Of a DNA stretch of 64,000 bases, positions 49,645 through 62,713 are shown piece after piece. Within the stretch, counting starts at the first letter, position 1; every line of letters begins with the position of its first letter. This stretch comes from Lama glama (taxonomy: Eukaryota). The stretch lies in NCBI GenBank assembly GCA_028534125.1, contig CM052832.1:24490001-24554000 (forward strand). Direction: 5' to 3'. Made by a program: the position numbers and the translations under genes. A model generated the notes under the pieces. It did not search any database. It was not told the origin of the DNA and saw nothing but the letters and a program-made list of their open reading frames with translations.

Positions 49645-50771
49645 GAAAACAGCTACCTTGCAATCTTGGGATATTTTTTCACTTAAACTTAGCCACTTAA
49701 ACTTATTCACTTAAAACAAAAGGAACAGTAGGAACAGCTTCTTTCAAAGTTGGAATCATTAGCAATATGGAGCAATTTGCATTTTTTAATTGATAAGGCT
49801 GCAATTTGGGGAACCAATGATGGCTTCCTCAGCTAGTCTAAATCTTCCATTAGAGGCAGAAAACACTTTTCAGATTATAACATTAATGAGATGCTCACTG
49901 ATGTCCTTAAAAAAACAACAACAAAAAAGGCGACAAAACTTACGAGCCTGGGGGCCTGTCTCTGTCAATTCAATTTCAGAAGGCACAGTTTAACCTTGTT
50001 TTGAGTGAGTCCAATCTTTGAATTTCATACTGATATTTTGCTACCATAAGCATGGTTACCTGGGTCACTTCAAAGCCTGTGCCTCAATTTTGTTTCACCA
50101 TTTTATGCCACATACTTACTTATTATGCTGAAATCCACTGAGGACAAGAACTCAGGCCGTGGAGTCTGGCCTTAGTCGGTAATTGAACGTGATGCACCCA
50201 CACTGCTGGTGTGCTTACCTGTGAAATTTCACGTGAATGGCCGTAGGGAGACATTAAGTTGATACATTACAGAAGGAAAAAAAAAACAAAGGTAGAGCTA
50301 CAACCTTGCTAATTAAAGGATGGAGTATATGCGCTGCAAAGCGTTAACTTGAGATCTGCACGGATCTGCTAGCATTTTGGCCCATTAGTAATCTCTGCCG
50401 TGTCGGGATGGAAGTTTCCTTTAATTACCAGGGTGACTAAGAATCTCACTTTTGAAAAACTCTGTCATCTCCTTCCACCCTCACAGCAGCGCCAACAACC
50501 AAACCAATTAAATACGCAAGATATGGAGACTTACTCTCAGAATGGGATTAAGGAAACACTTTATGGCGTCAGGAGCACTCCAGAATTCTCTCCATCAGGG
50601 ATGTTAGAGGCACAGTGGTTTGGGTGCCCAGACACACCCCTGCTGCAAACTTTCCTTGCATGCCTTAGCCTAGCTCAGTGGTTTCCAAACTTCAGGGTTT
50701 AAGATAATTATTGCACAGGGTGGTATAAATAAACACCTTCTACACTATCCTTGATGGACCGTTTAGGGACT

Positions 50772-51320
50772 TTCATTCATTCAGTAATGCTTCCTGAGTG
50801 CCTTCCCTGTGCCAGGACTCGTGCAGGTGCCAGGTCAGAGCAGTGAACAAAGTCCTTGCCTCTGAGAAGCCTCGTTCTGGTGTGGAAGACAAACATTAAA
50901 CAAACAAGGACCGTAATGCCAGCTGTGATGGTTGCTCTGAGGGGAATGTAAAGTGGGCTAAGAAGAATCAGAGTGGCAGGGGAAAGAGGGAGGGCTGGGC
51001 TCTGAGAAAGGGAGGGACAACATTTGAGCAGGACTCCAGTGAAGGGGACACATTGTGTGATTTGCCAGAGAGCATTCTGGTTGAGGACAGGATTGTGTCT
51101 GGCTTGTGGTACAGAACGTGGACGTCGTGGGGGCCAGAGCAAAGCAGAGGGCAGTGGGCAGGAAATAAGGGGGTGTCACACAGCTGGAGTCAGATCGTGT
51201 CTTCTAAGCCTTGACGAGAACCAGGACTGTAGATTGCACCGTACACGTGGTGCGCTGCCCCTGAAAGGTTTTCATGGGAGAGTGTTCACATCTGACACCT
51301 TTAAATCTCAAGGATGATTT
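50772..51320 (-). mobile_element. L2a 3' region
   Basis: 'ttcattcattcagtaatgcttcctgagtgccttccctgtgccagg...cagtgaacaaagtccttgcctctgagaagc'. Confidence 0.85.
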
Positions 51321-52254
51321 TGACCCGCACACCCTTTGTGCTGGGTGGGAACTTCAGAACCAGGCCTGGTGGTAAGTGCTGTTCCACTGCGTGACACATG
51401 GAATGCTTTTTAAAAATGACTTACTAACTAGTGAGACATTTAATTTACAAATAAAACGCAGATGCTGTGAAGCCCCTTGGTAGAATGCTTGGGTTTTTTG
51501 GTTTTTTGGTTTTTTTTTTTTAACAAGTATAAAAGCCATGGGCTTCAATAAAGGTTAAGTTAGAAATCGTACACAAGGATTTCTTCGACGGCAGCTAGCA
51601 CCTCAGTGGGGCTTAGGCAGCGTTGATTCTGTCCGTCTCTGCTCTGTGTTCTTTGTCCACGCCTTTGCTGCTGCTGGCTGGTGATTGTTCATCCTCCCGG
51701 TAAACTGTTTGCTTATGGAAGAATCTGAGTCCTTCAACAAACTGCTAGCTTCTAATGACAAGTACCACTGTTGGAAAGAAGTCCGTTCTTTGTGTTAAGG
51801 ATAGTGGACCCTCCTTTTGGGAAGCAACTCTTGTTGACTCCGGGGACAGTTTGTTGAGCTGATGTTGTAGCTGGATGGGGATCACTTTTGTTTTTTTATT
51901 TTGGATTTTGTTTATGTTTCCTGTCACCAAGTTTGTCCTCCATAAAAGAGGCACATTTCTGTGACTTCATCCACATTACAGTAGGCTCTTTGGTCTGGTT
52001 AATTAACCCCAAGTGCTCAGCAAGCTTTAGAAAGTATGATCTGATACCCTAGTCCCTTAGGAAATCTTTTAAATCTCTTGCTTGTTGATGTACAACATGG
52101 AGAGGAAATATTTTATTGAAATTAAACCCTAACGTGAAGAATATTTTAGGTTACTCTAGGTTTTGTTTTGTTTTGTTTTAAGTAGGGAAAAGTTTTGAGA
52201 TTGAATTGTTTGAAAGTCTTTGAAAAAGGAAATAATTTATTTCACGCAGATTGG

Positions 52255-52431
52255 GGTGTGCAGAAGACCCACCTACATACTGTGTTTAATATGCAAGTTT
52301 CTGAGCTTCACTCCTAGGAGTCTGTCAGAAATTAGGACTGGGTGGACTTCAAACATCATTAAGGACCCCGAGTAAACTGACATAGAGAACCCCAAGTGAC
52401 AGCTGTGGGGAACCACACTTGAGAAACACTG
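52255..52431. mobile_element. MER5-type MITE
   Basis: 'tttaatatgcaagtttctgagcttcactcctag...ggaaccacacttgagaaacactg' with a terminal TIR. Confidence 0.6.
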
Positions 52432-52856
52432 TTGACTTCCTAAAGGAACATTCATGTTGTGTTACAGAAAATATCAAACACATCCTAAGGTAGATCATAA
52501 AATAATCTCCCATGCCCATATCACCCCACCTCAGCAGCCATCAACACAGTTTCACCTACCTCCACCCGCCCCGCTCTGTACCCAGACTGTTTTGCAGCAA
52601 ATTTGAAACATCATACCGTCTGTAAATATTTTAATATTCATATAAACAATTGAGATTCTTTTTCTCATACAAAACCACAATACCATCATCACATCTAAAA
52701 AATAATTAACAGTAATTCCTTAAGATCTTCAAATATCCAGCGTTTGTATTTCCCTAGTTGTCTTATAAATACAAAGTTGTGTTATGATGTAGAATTTTTT
52801 TAAATAGTCTACTCAAATCAGGATACAAATGAAGTCTGTGTCCCTTAAGCTTCTTT

Positions 52857-54235
52857 TTTTAAAATTTTTTTTATATAAACTTTTTTTTATTAAGTTATAG
52901 TCATTTTACAATGTTGTGTCAAATTCCACTGTACAGCATAATTTTTCAGTTATACATGAACATACATACATTCATTGTCACATTCTCTTTCACTGTGAGC
53001 CATCACAAGATCCTGTATATATTTCCCTGTGCTACACAGTACAATCTTGTTTATCTATTCTACATTTTGAAATCCCAGTGCCTTCCCACCCCCCATCCCC
53101 CTGGCAACCAAAAGTTTGTATTCTATGTCTATGAGTCTGTTTCTGTTTTGTATTTTTGTTTTTGTTTTTGTTTTTGTTTTTTAGATTCCGCATATAAGCA
53201 AGCTCATATGGTATTTTTCTTTCTCTTTCTGGCTTACTTCACATAGAATGNNNNNNNNNNNNNNNNNNNNNNNNNNNNNNNNNNNNNNNNNNNNNNNNNN
53301 NNNNNNNNNNNNNNNNNNNNNNNNNNNNNNNNNNNNNNNNNNNNNNNNNNNNNNNNNNNNNNNNNNNNNNNNNNNNNNNNNNNNNNNNNNNNNNNNNNNN
53401 NNNNNNNNNNNNNNNNNNNNNNNNGGGTGCAGGTGTCATTCTGAAGTAGGGTTCCTTCTGGATATATGCCAGGAGCGGGATTCCTGGGTCACATGGTAAN
53501 NNNNNNNNNNNNNNNNNNNNNNNNNNNNNNNNNNNNNNNNNNNNNNNNNNNNNNNNNNNNNNNNNNNNNNNNNNNNNNNNNNNNNNNNNNNNNNNNNNNN
53601 NNNNNNNNNNNNNNNNNNNNNNNNNNNNNNNNNNNNNNNNNNNNNNNNNNNNNNNNNNNNNNNNNNNNNNNNNNNNNNNNNNNNNNNNNNNNNNNNNNNN
53701 NNNNNNNNNNNNNNNNNNNNNNNNNNNNNNNNNNNNNNNNNNNNNNNNNNNNNNNNNNNNNNNNNNNNNNNNNNNNNCTTCTGCCCATTTTTGGGTTGGG
53801 TTTTTTTTTTTATTAAATCATATGAGCTGNNNNNNNNNNNNNNNNNNNNNNNNNNNNNNNNNNNNNNNNNNNNNNNNNNNNNNNNNNNNNNNNNNNNNNN
53901 NNNNNNNNNNNNNNNNNNNNNNNNNNNNNAGGTTGTCGTTTTGTTTTACTTTTGGTTTCCTTTGCTGTGCAGAAGCTTGTAATTTTCATTAGGTCCCATT
54001 TGTTTATTCTTGCTTTTATTTCTATTGCTTGGGTAGACTGTTCTAGGAGAACGTTTTTGAGATGTATGTCAGATAATGTTTTGCCTATATTTTCTTCTAG
54101 GAGGTTTATTGTATCTTGTCTTATGTTTAAGTCTTTGATCCGTTTTGAGTTTATTTTTGTGTATGGTGTAAGGGAGCATTCTAGCTTCATTGATTTACAT
54201 GCTGCTGTCCAGTTTTCCCAACACCGTTTGCTGAA
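52857..54235 (-). mobile_element. Young camelid-type L1, 5'-truncated (~1.4 kb), with TSD
   Basis: ORF 53813-54190 is L1 ORF2 (LTPYTKINSKRIKDLNIRQDTINLLEENIGKTL..INKWDLMK). 14-bp TSD CCTTAAGCTTCTTT at 52843-52856 and 54236-54249, in a TT/AAAG endonuclease context. Confidence 0.95.
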
Positions 54236-54599
54236 CCTTAAGCTTCTTTAAAGCTATTAGATCCATTCCTTTATTTTTTACAGGTTTTTTTTTTCCTGTT
54301 GAAGAAATGATATTTGTCCAGTAGAATTTCCCAGCATCTGGATTTTGATGGTCATATCTTTGGGTGGTGTTATATATATTCCTGTCTCCTGCCCTTCTAG
54401 GAAGTTCTAGGCAGTCCTAGAGGCATCATTTGATTGGCTTTGCTTTGTTTTGCCTGACAACTTCATAATTGGTCTTATGTTTTCCGTCAGGAGGTCATTT
54501 GTTAATAGTACCCCTTTTGCAATGATATCTTTGTTTAAATTCATAAATTTACAGGGGACTTCAAAATGGTACTAATCTAAATCTGTCATTCTTTGTAGT

Positions 54600-54725
54600 A
54601 CTGTTTGGTGGGGGTTGGGCAGATAATTAGGTTTATTTATTTATTTTTACTGGAATTACTGGAGATTGAACCCAGGGCTTCATGAATGCTAGGCATGTAC
54701 ACTACCACTGAGCTATACTCCCCCC
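54600..54725 (-). mobile_element. vic-1-type camelid SINE
   Basis: 'ataattaggtttatttattt...actggagattgaacccaggg...ctaccactgagctatactccccc'. Confidence 0.9.
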
Positions 54726-54734
54726 TCCTTAATT

Positions 54735-54989
54735 CTTTTTTTTTTAACATTTTTTTATTGAGTTATAGTCTTACAATGCTGTGTCAAATTCCACTGTAGA
54801 GCACAATTTTTCAGTTATATATGAACATACATATATTCATTGTCACATTTTTTTCACTGTGAGCTGCCACAAGATCTTGTATATATTTCCCTGTGCTATA
54901 CAGTATAACCTTGTCTATCTATTCTACATTTTGAAATCCCAGTCTGTCCCTTCCCACCCCCTGCCCCCTTGGCAACCACAAGTTTGTAT
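54735..54989 (-). mobile_element. Young camelid-type L1 3' end (~255 bp) with TSD
   Basis: Highly similar to 52880-53120; 14-bp TSD CCCCCTCCTTAATT at 54721-54734 and 54990-55003. Confidence 0.93.
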
Positions 54990-56293
54990 CCCCCTCCTTA
55001 ATTGTATTATTCTTTGTTCACTAATTTATTAGCAGGACTCATGGTCCATGAAGAGAAACTTCCCCTCATCTACTATTTGTTTACTCAGTGCTTCAGGTTT
55101 TGTACAAAAAGCAGGACAAATACTTGATTCTTTCCCTTTATTTTTATCAGTTCTCAAAATAAAACTTTTTCATAATGCCCTCCCAAGTCACCATTTCTTT
55201 AAAGTATTACTGTAACCTTGTGAATTTAAATCTAATGTATTTCAAGCCATTGTATCTTTTTTACTCTTACTGATACTCAAATAGCCTCATTTTAGCCATT
55301 GATTAGAAACCTGTTCAGTTTGACTGCTGAGTCCTTTCAATACAATACTAGTACATTTCCAGCTGCAGACCTGGGATTAGCATTTTTTCCAAGCAAACCT
55401 GGTTCCTACCAGTGAGAAGTGGTATTTGGAGGCCAGGCTTTCAACGGTCCAGGGGGACTTATTGCAACTGGGTTTGCCACTGTTTCTCAGTCTTTTCAGT
55501 GGGCGTGGCCAGAGCTAGGAAATTAATCAGTCTCTCTCTATATATTTATAGAGAGAGGAAGTGTGTATGTGTAGTGTGTGTGTATGGTGTATGTGTAACA
55601 CATCACGGGTTTATACTGGTGTGCTCCACAAAACTCTTCTTGACACCATTCATCTTACATCAGCATTTCCTTTCTCTCAAGCTGAAAATAGCAGTTCTCA
55701 ATCACACCAACACAGTTTACTCTTTTACTTTATTCCATACTACACTCACCATAATTTCCGAGTAAAAATGCCAGTGATATCCCAACAGTATGCTTACTAA
55801 AAACTTTTAACTTTTTTGTTCAGTTTTGTTTGGGTTTTTCATCCATTGGGGTAGGAATATACAGTTAACATAGTAGTGTGTTGGGGGTCATGTGAACACT
55901 CTGTATGTTTATGCCAGTAACTGGATATACATTTAAGTTCTTTTATTTTGTTTGAGGTTTTTAAAGGAGTATCTTAGAAAATTATTTTTGTTCAGTAATT
56001 ACATAAAAATATTTATAAATTTAAAAAAATCTAATCTACAAACCAAAGTGAAGTTGTTGAAGTCTATTTCTGTTTCATCTGTTTTCTCCTTTTACATAAA
56101 TAACCATTTTAATGTGTAGCCTTCATTTTTCAATATAAGTATATTATTTAGATACGTTTTTATATTTTTTGCTATAATAGATATATTTATATTAACTTCT
56201 TACTGTAATACCCTTAATGCCCACATACTCTTTTTTTTTTAAGCCATTTTCTGTTGGTTTCCTACTATGAGCAATATTGAAATTCCATCTTAT

Positions 56294-56830
56294 NNNNNNN
56301 NNNNNNNNNNNNNNNNNNNNNNNNNNNNNNNNNNNNNNNNNNNNNNNNNNNNNNNNNNNNNNNNNNNNNNNNNNNNNNNNNNNNNNNNNNNNNNNNNNNN
56401 NNNNNNNNNNNNNNNNNNNNNNNNNNNNNNNNNNNNNNNNNNNNNNNNNNNNNNTCAGATTTGTGGTTCCCAGAAGTATGAGGTAGTGGATGGGGAAGTT
56501 GGATGAAGGTGGTCAGAAGTTACAAACTTCTGTTTATAAAATTTGAGTAAGTACTGGGGACACAGTGTACAATACAGTGACTTTAGTTAACACTGCTGTA
56601 TGGTGTAAGGTGCTGAAGGTTGTAAGAGAGTTGTAAGTGAAAGTCCTAAGATTGTTCTGATCACAAGGAAAAAGCTTTTTTTTTTTTTTTTGGTGTCCAT
56701 ATTATGAGGTGATGGATGTTAACTAAACCAGCTGTAACCATCTGACGGTACCTATAAGTCAGGTCACGATGCTGTACACCCTAAACATAACACTGTGCTC
56801 TATGTTCTATCTCAGTAAACTGGGAAAAAA
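56294..56830 (+). mobile_element. L1MA9/ungulate-type L1 3' end (5' part N-masked)
   Basis: 'gatgaaggtggtcagaagttacaaacttc...gttaacactgctgtat...gctgtacaccctaaac...tatctcagtaaactgggaaaaaa'. Confidence 0.85.
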
Positions 56831-56965
56831 CACTGACATTCCAGGTAACTCTTTCTTCCTCTCGCCTCCTTTCCCCATCATTTGGTTTAAAGTAATATCC
56901 TTTTACCCCTACTTTAGGTGTACAGTAGTGAGTTTACTCTTTTCTTTCATATGCTCCATGTTTTT

Positions 56966-57077
56966 AATTTTGGGGGAAGTAATTAGGTTTATTTATTTAA
57001 ATGGAGATACTGGGAATTGAACCCAGGACCTCGTGCATGCTAAGCCCGCACTCTACCACTGAGCTGTGCCCGCTCCG
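56966..57077 (-). mobile_element. vic-1-type camelid SINE with TSD
   Basis: 'gtaattaggtttatttatttaaatggagatactgggaattgaacccaggacctcgtgcatgctaag...ctaccactgagct'; TSD CCATGTTTTT at 56956-56965 and 57078-57087. Confidence 0.93.
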
Positions 57078-57149
57078 CCATGTTTTTTATCATTGTACAC
57101 AGACCTTATCAGGGCCTAAAGAGCACATCCTCGTCACTCCCCCCTCCCC

Positions 57150-57560
57150 CTCCCCATCACGTGCTCTGCCCCAGACACACAGCCTCCCCCCTCACCTGCC
57201 TTGCCCCTCCTCTGACTGCCAGGCAGGATCCCACCCCACTGTACCTTCATTTCCTTGAACCTGAAAGTCTCTTCCTTAAATCACCACATTGCTTTCTCTA
57301 CTTTCTTCAGACTTCTGCTCCAATGTCCCTGTGAGGCCTTTCTTGACAAACTTTAAAAAACCTATAATGTAGACCCCTTGCTCCAGTCCCCTTTTCTGGC
57401 TGCATTTTCTCCTTAAGCATTTATCACCTTTTAACAGAAAATATTTCATTGTGAAACAATTTGCTTAATTCCATATGGAGCGAGAATTATTTATTGTTGT
57501 TGTTCTTTCCCAGAGTCTAGGACAGTGCCTGACAGATAGAGACTCAATTAATACTGACTT
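57150..57560 (+). mobile_element. L2a 3' remnant
   Basis: 'gtgaggcctttcttgac', 'gcatttatcacc', 'tctaggacagtgcctgacagatagagactcaattaata'. Confidence 0.65.
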
Positions 57561-57581
57561 CATGGTTAAGAGAATGTCAAT

Positions 57582-57830
57582 AATAATGAAAGACTAGCAT
57601 TTATTAAGCAACTAGTATGTGTCGGGCACCGTGCTGAGTGGTTTACACTTCTCAGTCCCCCAGCAACCCAAAAGGTAGGCATTATTACTCACCTCCTGCA
57701 GATGAGAATATTGACCCCCAGAGAAATTAAGTAACATACTTTAGGCCTCATGGTTAAGGGGGAGAACCAGAGCATCAGCTGTGACGATCTGTCCCCGGAG
57801 CCTGAATCCTCAACCACTGCCTCCACTGCC
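57582..57830 (-). mobile_element. MIR, near full length
   Basis: 'agcatttattaagcaactagtatgtgtcgggcaccgtgctgag...gcagatgagaatattgacccccagagaaattaagtaac'. Confidence 0.8.
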
Positions 57831-57899
57831 CCCATTAGGGGGCAACATTTCTCAGTGGTTCCAGTTTGGCCTTTGCCCCTGCCGGTCCCCACCCTTGTC

Positions 57900-58865
57900 T
57901 CCTGCTGAGGTCATTTGTGAGCTCCATGTCATTCTGTGTCATTGGTTCTTTTTGTGAGTTTCAAATAGTAGTTCTCATTGTGCTTGATATCTCAGCAGCT
58001 TTGCCAATGCTGCTCACTCCCTCCTCTCTGAAACACCTTCTTCCCTTGGCTTCCTTGGCACCATTCTCTTCTGATTTCCATCGTACCTGTCTGGTCCTTC
58101 CTTTTTAATGCTGTTTTCAGGTGTTCCTCCTCTACCTGCTCTCTGTACCTCTAAATGTTGGTAATCCTCGCAGCCTCGTCCCCGGTCCACGGCACTTCTC
58201 AAGCTAAGTTTTCCCCCTCAACGATCTCATCCCAACTCAGTGCTTCTTGGCAGCCCCAAGACTCCAACATTTGTATCTCCTGGCCCGATTTCTCCTCAAT
58301 CTTGGACCTGTATATCCAGCTGCCTGCTCAGCAGCACCACTGGGATATCAGAGAGCACCTTAACTGACCATGTTCAAAGCCAAAGTTATGTCTCTCCATC
58401 ACCAAACCTCATCTTCCTCCAACCAAGTCAACCATTGGCATCCTCTAGTTTCCCAAGACAGATGCCTAAAAGTCATCCTCAAGAGTGTTTCTCTCTCTTC
58501 CTCTACATCTGTCACCAAGTCCGACTGATCCCACCTCTTGAATATTTTTTGAATCTACCCACTTCTCTCTATCTCCTCGGCCACCATTCTCGTCCCGTCT
58601 GTCCCTAGGCGCCCCAACTTCCCCTGCCTTCTTATACCACCTTCAGTTGTTCCCCATCATCCTGTACTTCTCTCTGAGAGCTATTTTCACATATAAACAG
58701 ATATATTTGTGTGATTATGTCATTGCTGTCTTTTCTCCCTAAGTAGAATGTAAGCTTTGCAAGAGTAGGGGACCGTGCCTGTCTTCCTCATTCGTTCTCA
58801 GCTCCTGGCAGCCCAGTGCCTGGCATGTAGGAGATGCTACATATGCATTTGATTTGTTGAATGAA
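57900..58865 (+). mobile_element. L2 remnant (ORF2 end and 3' region)
   Basis: 'tgctcactccctcctctctgaaacacc', 'gactccaacatttgtatctcc', 'tagaatgtaagctttgcaagagtagggg...cccagtgcctggcatgtaggagatgct...ttgttgaatga'. Confidence 0.8.
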
Positions 58866-61696
58866 AAATCAACTGATGGGCTGAGATCAAGGGAGAAGAA
58901 AGACTATTTGAAAGCAAATAGAGATTATTCTGTGCAGTACAGTGTCATAATGAATGGATGGTTATCGATTATACTGAGTCATCAAAGAAAGGTTATAATT
59001 TATTCTCTATTTTAAAAGGGAGGTACCTAGATGTAGAACTGTGAAAAAAATAGATCTTAGACAAACTTTCCATTTGGTAGGTAAAGTTTTGGAAAGTGAA
59101 GAGATTTATGTGAATACTTCATTTCCCAACAATGCAGATAAATGTTTATATCCGACTGTGAGCACAAACAGTGCCTTCTCGCTTATTTGTGCCAATGGAG
59201 GCTGAGGGGGCACAGATCATTGGAATTATGGTGAATAAGGAAAGGGCTTTATTGATTTACATGCCATCTCCTTCCCTTGGTCATAGAAGAATTACCAGAG
59301 AGGCTAAAAAAAATGGGCAACAGGAAAAAGGAGAAAACAGTGAGAATCTTGGATAATCCTCCACTGGATAATTAAGATTTAACTGGGTCTGTTTTGATGT
59401 GTGCACATGTTTCTGTACACGGAAAAGGATGAACCCACAAATACTCTAAATGCCAATTTTTGAAGGCTGTTGGAAAATGCAATCCGTAGCATATGGTATC
59501 AAATTAATTTGGGGTTTCACTTGTCGCCGTCTGATTTGGGCACACTGAGTTATGAGATAATAGTTTGGCATCCGTGTTTGCAGGGCTTTCCTGTAAGCTT
59601 CTCAATTTCATAAAAATTCTCGGAGGTCAAAGGATATGTGGTGACCCTTGTTGAGCAGATGAGGAAATAGAGGCATAGTGGCAATTACCGGCTTGCCCGA
59701 GCTTTGGAAATAACTCATCCGTGGAGCCGGCGAGACCTTGGTCTGTGGACTGCGGCTCTGGCATCACTATTGCTGCCTTGACTTGGAGCGCTTTTCTTGC
59801 TGCTGTTCTTTCATGCCGTTTAGTGCATCCCGTTTCATCCTGCTGCCCGTCACATTTAGACCGGGGGTGGAATTTCAAACAGGATGGATTGTAGTTGACA
59901 GTAAGGAGCTGTACAGCTGAATTTCATCGACACAAATGTGCCTGTAGCCCCAAAGGTATTCAATTAAAACTCTCCAATGGTGTTTTATCACGGCTTCAGC
60001 TGGGCTCCACATGGCAAGGAGTTGCTCAGCCCCCGGAAGGACTTCTTTCTTTGTCATGGCCGGTTGCTGTTTCCTGCCCACCTCCAGAATCTCCAAGAGT
60101 GTTTCGTTTTTCTTTTCTTAAAGCCAATCATAAAATTTAATTTAGTGTTGAGCAGGTGTTCCTTCTGTAGCCCGTGTGAAATTTGGGGTATCAGCTAATT
60201 GTGTTACAGTTGCCAGTAAAGAAATATTTCAAAGCTGTTGATCACCAGTTACCTCTTGGTAGAGCTGTTGAACTAAGAACTGGTAGCAGGAGGTGCTGTA
60301 CTCAGCTGCCACATGAAGTGCGAAAGATTCTACACTTGGTTCCTTTGGTGTGTCTGTAAGATTTTGCTTCCTATTTAGGTGATTGCCTTATTACCTTATA
60401 CCTAATATTTATAGACATTTTCAAGATTTCACCAAACCTTCACCAGTTTCTAAATCTGACACAGAAAGGAAAATAATTTGGTTTAAATCCCATCTTGTAA
60501 TTGTTGCATTGATGCTGTAGATAAATGTTGCGTGGGAAAGGCCGCCTTTGCAGTTCTCTAGAGCAGAATATTATTTCTATATATTCACTCTGAACTGAGA
60601 GGTGAGAATTGAGCTCTGTAGTGCCTCAGAAAATATCCAAAGAGTTTTAAAACATTAGTCTTGAGGGGTCGGAATACATAGAAACTCAGAATGGTTGAAT
60701 GTCAGCCCAGATGTTGGCAGACTTCCATTCAGATTTTGTCGTGAGTAAAATGTGTACTCAGCGACTAGGTTCAAGCCCTTGGTCGTTTATAAGCAAATCT
60801 CTCTGCTTCTTCTAAATCATTGTAAAAAAAAAAAAAAGGGTTAAGCAAATTTTGTGTGCTGCTTATACGTGCACAGACATGCACGAGGCCTCTGCATCTT
60901 CCAAACTTGGAAAGCATATTTTAACAGCACAAGTACATCTCCATGTTTGATCTACATCAGAGCCTCTTTCTTTCTCTTCCTCAGATGCTTTTTAATTTTT
61001 TTTTTTACCTATTAAATCTGTTTGGTCTTCAAGCTGTAAATATCACAAACAGCTAATAAGCTTTAGGAAAGAAAAGGAAATTGACATTTAGTGTAGAGGT
61101 TCCACAAAACCAATGAAAGGCTATGCAAATGAGCTAGAACAGACAGATTTGCATATCCTTGTTGGTTTCAGGATGATATTCTCAGCATGAGCCTGGCAGA
61201 CTTGCCTTTTTACCTCTTGGGATGATACATGTACTAGTGGTAGAGCGCCCTGCAGGGTCAATTTAACAAGTGTAACATTGTGATTTTCCATGAGGTTTCT
61301 CAGACCACTGAGCAAAACGCGCAGCAATAAATAGTGACAGAGGAAATCGATTTTGAAGTAAATACCTTTGGAGGACAGTGGGTATGAGAGGACATTGTAC
61401 CAGTCTTTAGCGCTGCCAGGGTCGGGTGAGCAAATTTTAGTACTGGTGCCATTGGCATTCCAAAATAAATATATCCCGACCAATTCCGCCGCTCCCTTGA
61501 TAACCCTGCATGCCCACTACCAAAACTCCTGCCCAGAGACTGGACAAATTTTGCAAGCCTCCTTTGGCTGCATCAACACCAGAAAAGCAAGCTAAGGAAT
61601 CTGCTTTTGCCACCACCTGTTAGAATAATAGATAGTAGCCTATTTGCTGAGCTGTGTATATACTTAATTGCCAGGCATTGATATATGGAAACATAA

Positions 61697-61893
61697 TTGC
61701 ATAGTGGCTGAGAAGGATTTTGATATTATTGAGACCGGGATTTGAACTCAGCTCTGTCATCCCTTCCAGCCTTGGTTTCTCACCCATAAGTGAGGATAAT
61801 AAGGGAGCTGTGAGCATTCAGTGATGGAGAGGATGCAAATTGCTACCATACTGCCTGGCTTGTCACAAACACCTAATCGATGGTATCATTGTT
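61697..61893 (+). mobile_element. MIR remnant
   Basis: 'tgcatagtggctgaga...gaccgggatttgaactcagctctgtca...ggtttctcacccataagtgaggataataa'. Confidence 0.6.
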
Positions 61894-62645
61894 TAGAAAT
61901 GCTTTCCAAATTATAATCAAGCTGTACTTTGTAAAATGAAAATGTTTGAAAACATCAAGGTAGATTTCTGAAGAACAAAAAGGAAATAAAACTCACCCCT
62001 GAAAATGCACTTGGAGAATTTCAGAGGGTCTCTTCCAAGTTGTTATAAAACACCTCTGAAGTAAATTTGCCCATTTCTGCCCACACTGATCCTATAACAT
62101 TCCAGGAATAAAATCTGCACTTGAATTTAAAAATAAAACGGTGGAACAAACTGAATTAGAAGTCCTTGGCAGACATCCCCCCCAGCAGAATGTTCTCTCA
62201 ATTGGTGGTACCGCAATAAAAGGGAAGATGTATACTTTTTAATGTGCCTTTCTCCCCCTTCTCTGCAGCCAGTTGTATTTCTTTATCTTAAAAACCCAGG
62301 ATGGTTGGATTTCACCTCACCCCTCCCTCTGATATCTGCATGATAAACCACATCCGCCCAGACCCTCCTTCCCAAGAAAGCGTTGAGCAGAGACGTCCTC
62401 TGATACCGTATATGTGCATACTGGACTGTGCTGAGCAAGGTCAGAGAAACATGAGCAGGCTCTGCTGTGTTCAGTTGCAAAGACTGCCAAGAAAGAAGGA
62501 AAAAAAATCTCAAATGCATTCACATCTCGCCCGCCTCTTTTTCCTTCTGTAAATATTCAAACCCTTCTTAGAGAGGCTTTTGATAATGTGTTATCCCAAG
62601 CAAACGCCATGAACCTTAGATGTACTGAGTACTCCCAAATCCCAT

Positions 62646-62684
62646 TGGAATGACTCAGTAAAGAGAGTCAGATAAAGTGCGGTT
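62646..62684 (+). promoter_or_regulatory. Candidate enhancer motif cluster (TEAD, AP-1, GATA, RUNX)
   Basis: TGGAATG at 62646-62652 overlapping TGACTCA at 62651-62657; AGATAA at 62670-62675; TGCGGTT at 62678-62684. Confidence 0.4.
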
Positions 62685-62713
62685 GGCAGGATTGGGTAGA
62701 GAATCTTGTTACT

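Larger units (their letters stand above)
52465..56270 (-). mobile_element. Old L1MC4/5-like 3' region hosting younger nested insertions
   Basis: 'aaccacaataccatcatcacatctaaaaaataattaacagtaattcctt'. The element continues after the inserts ('gtagaatttcccagcatctggattttg', 'agacctgggattagcattttttccaag...tggtatttggaggccagg'). Confidence 0.7.

Noticed and set aside
60370-60379. Perfect CArG box CCTATTTAGG (also one at 21636 inside an MLT1)
   Set aside because: Several such boxes are expected by chance in 64 kb of AT-rich DNA, and there is no supporting context
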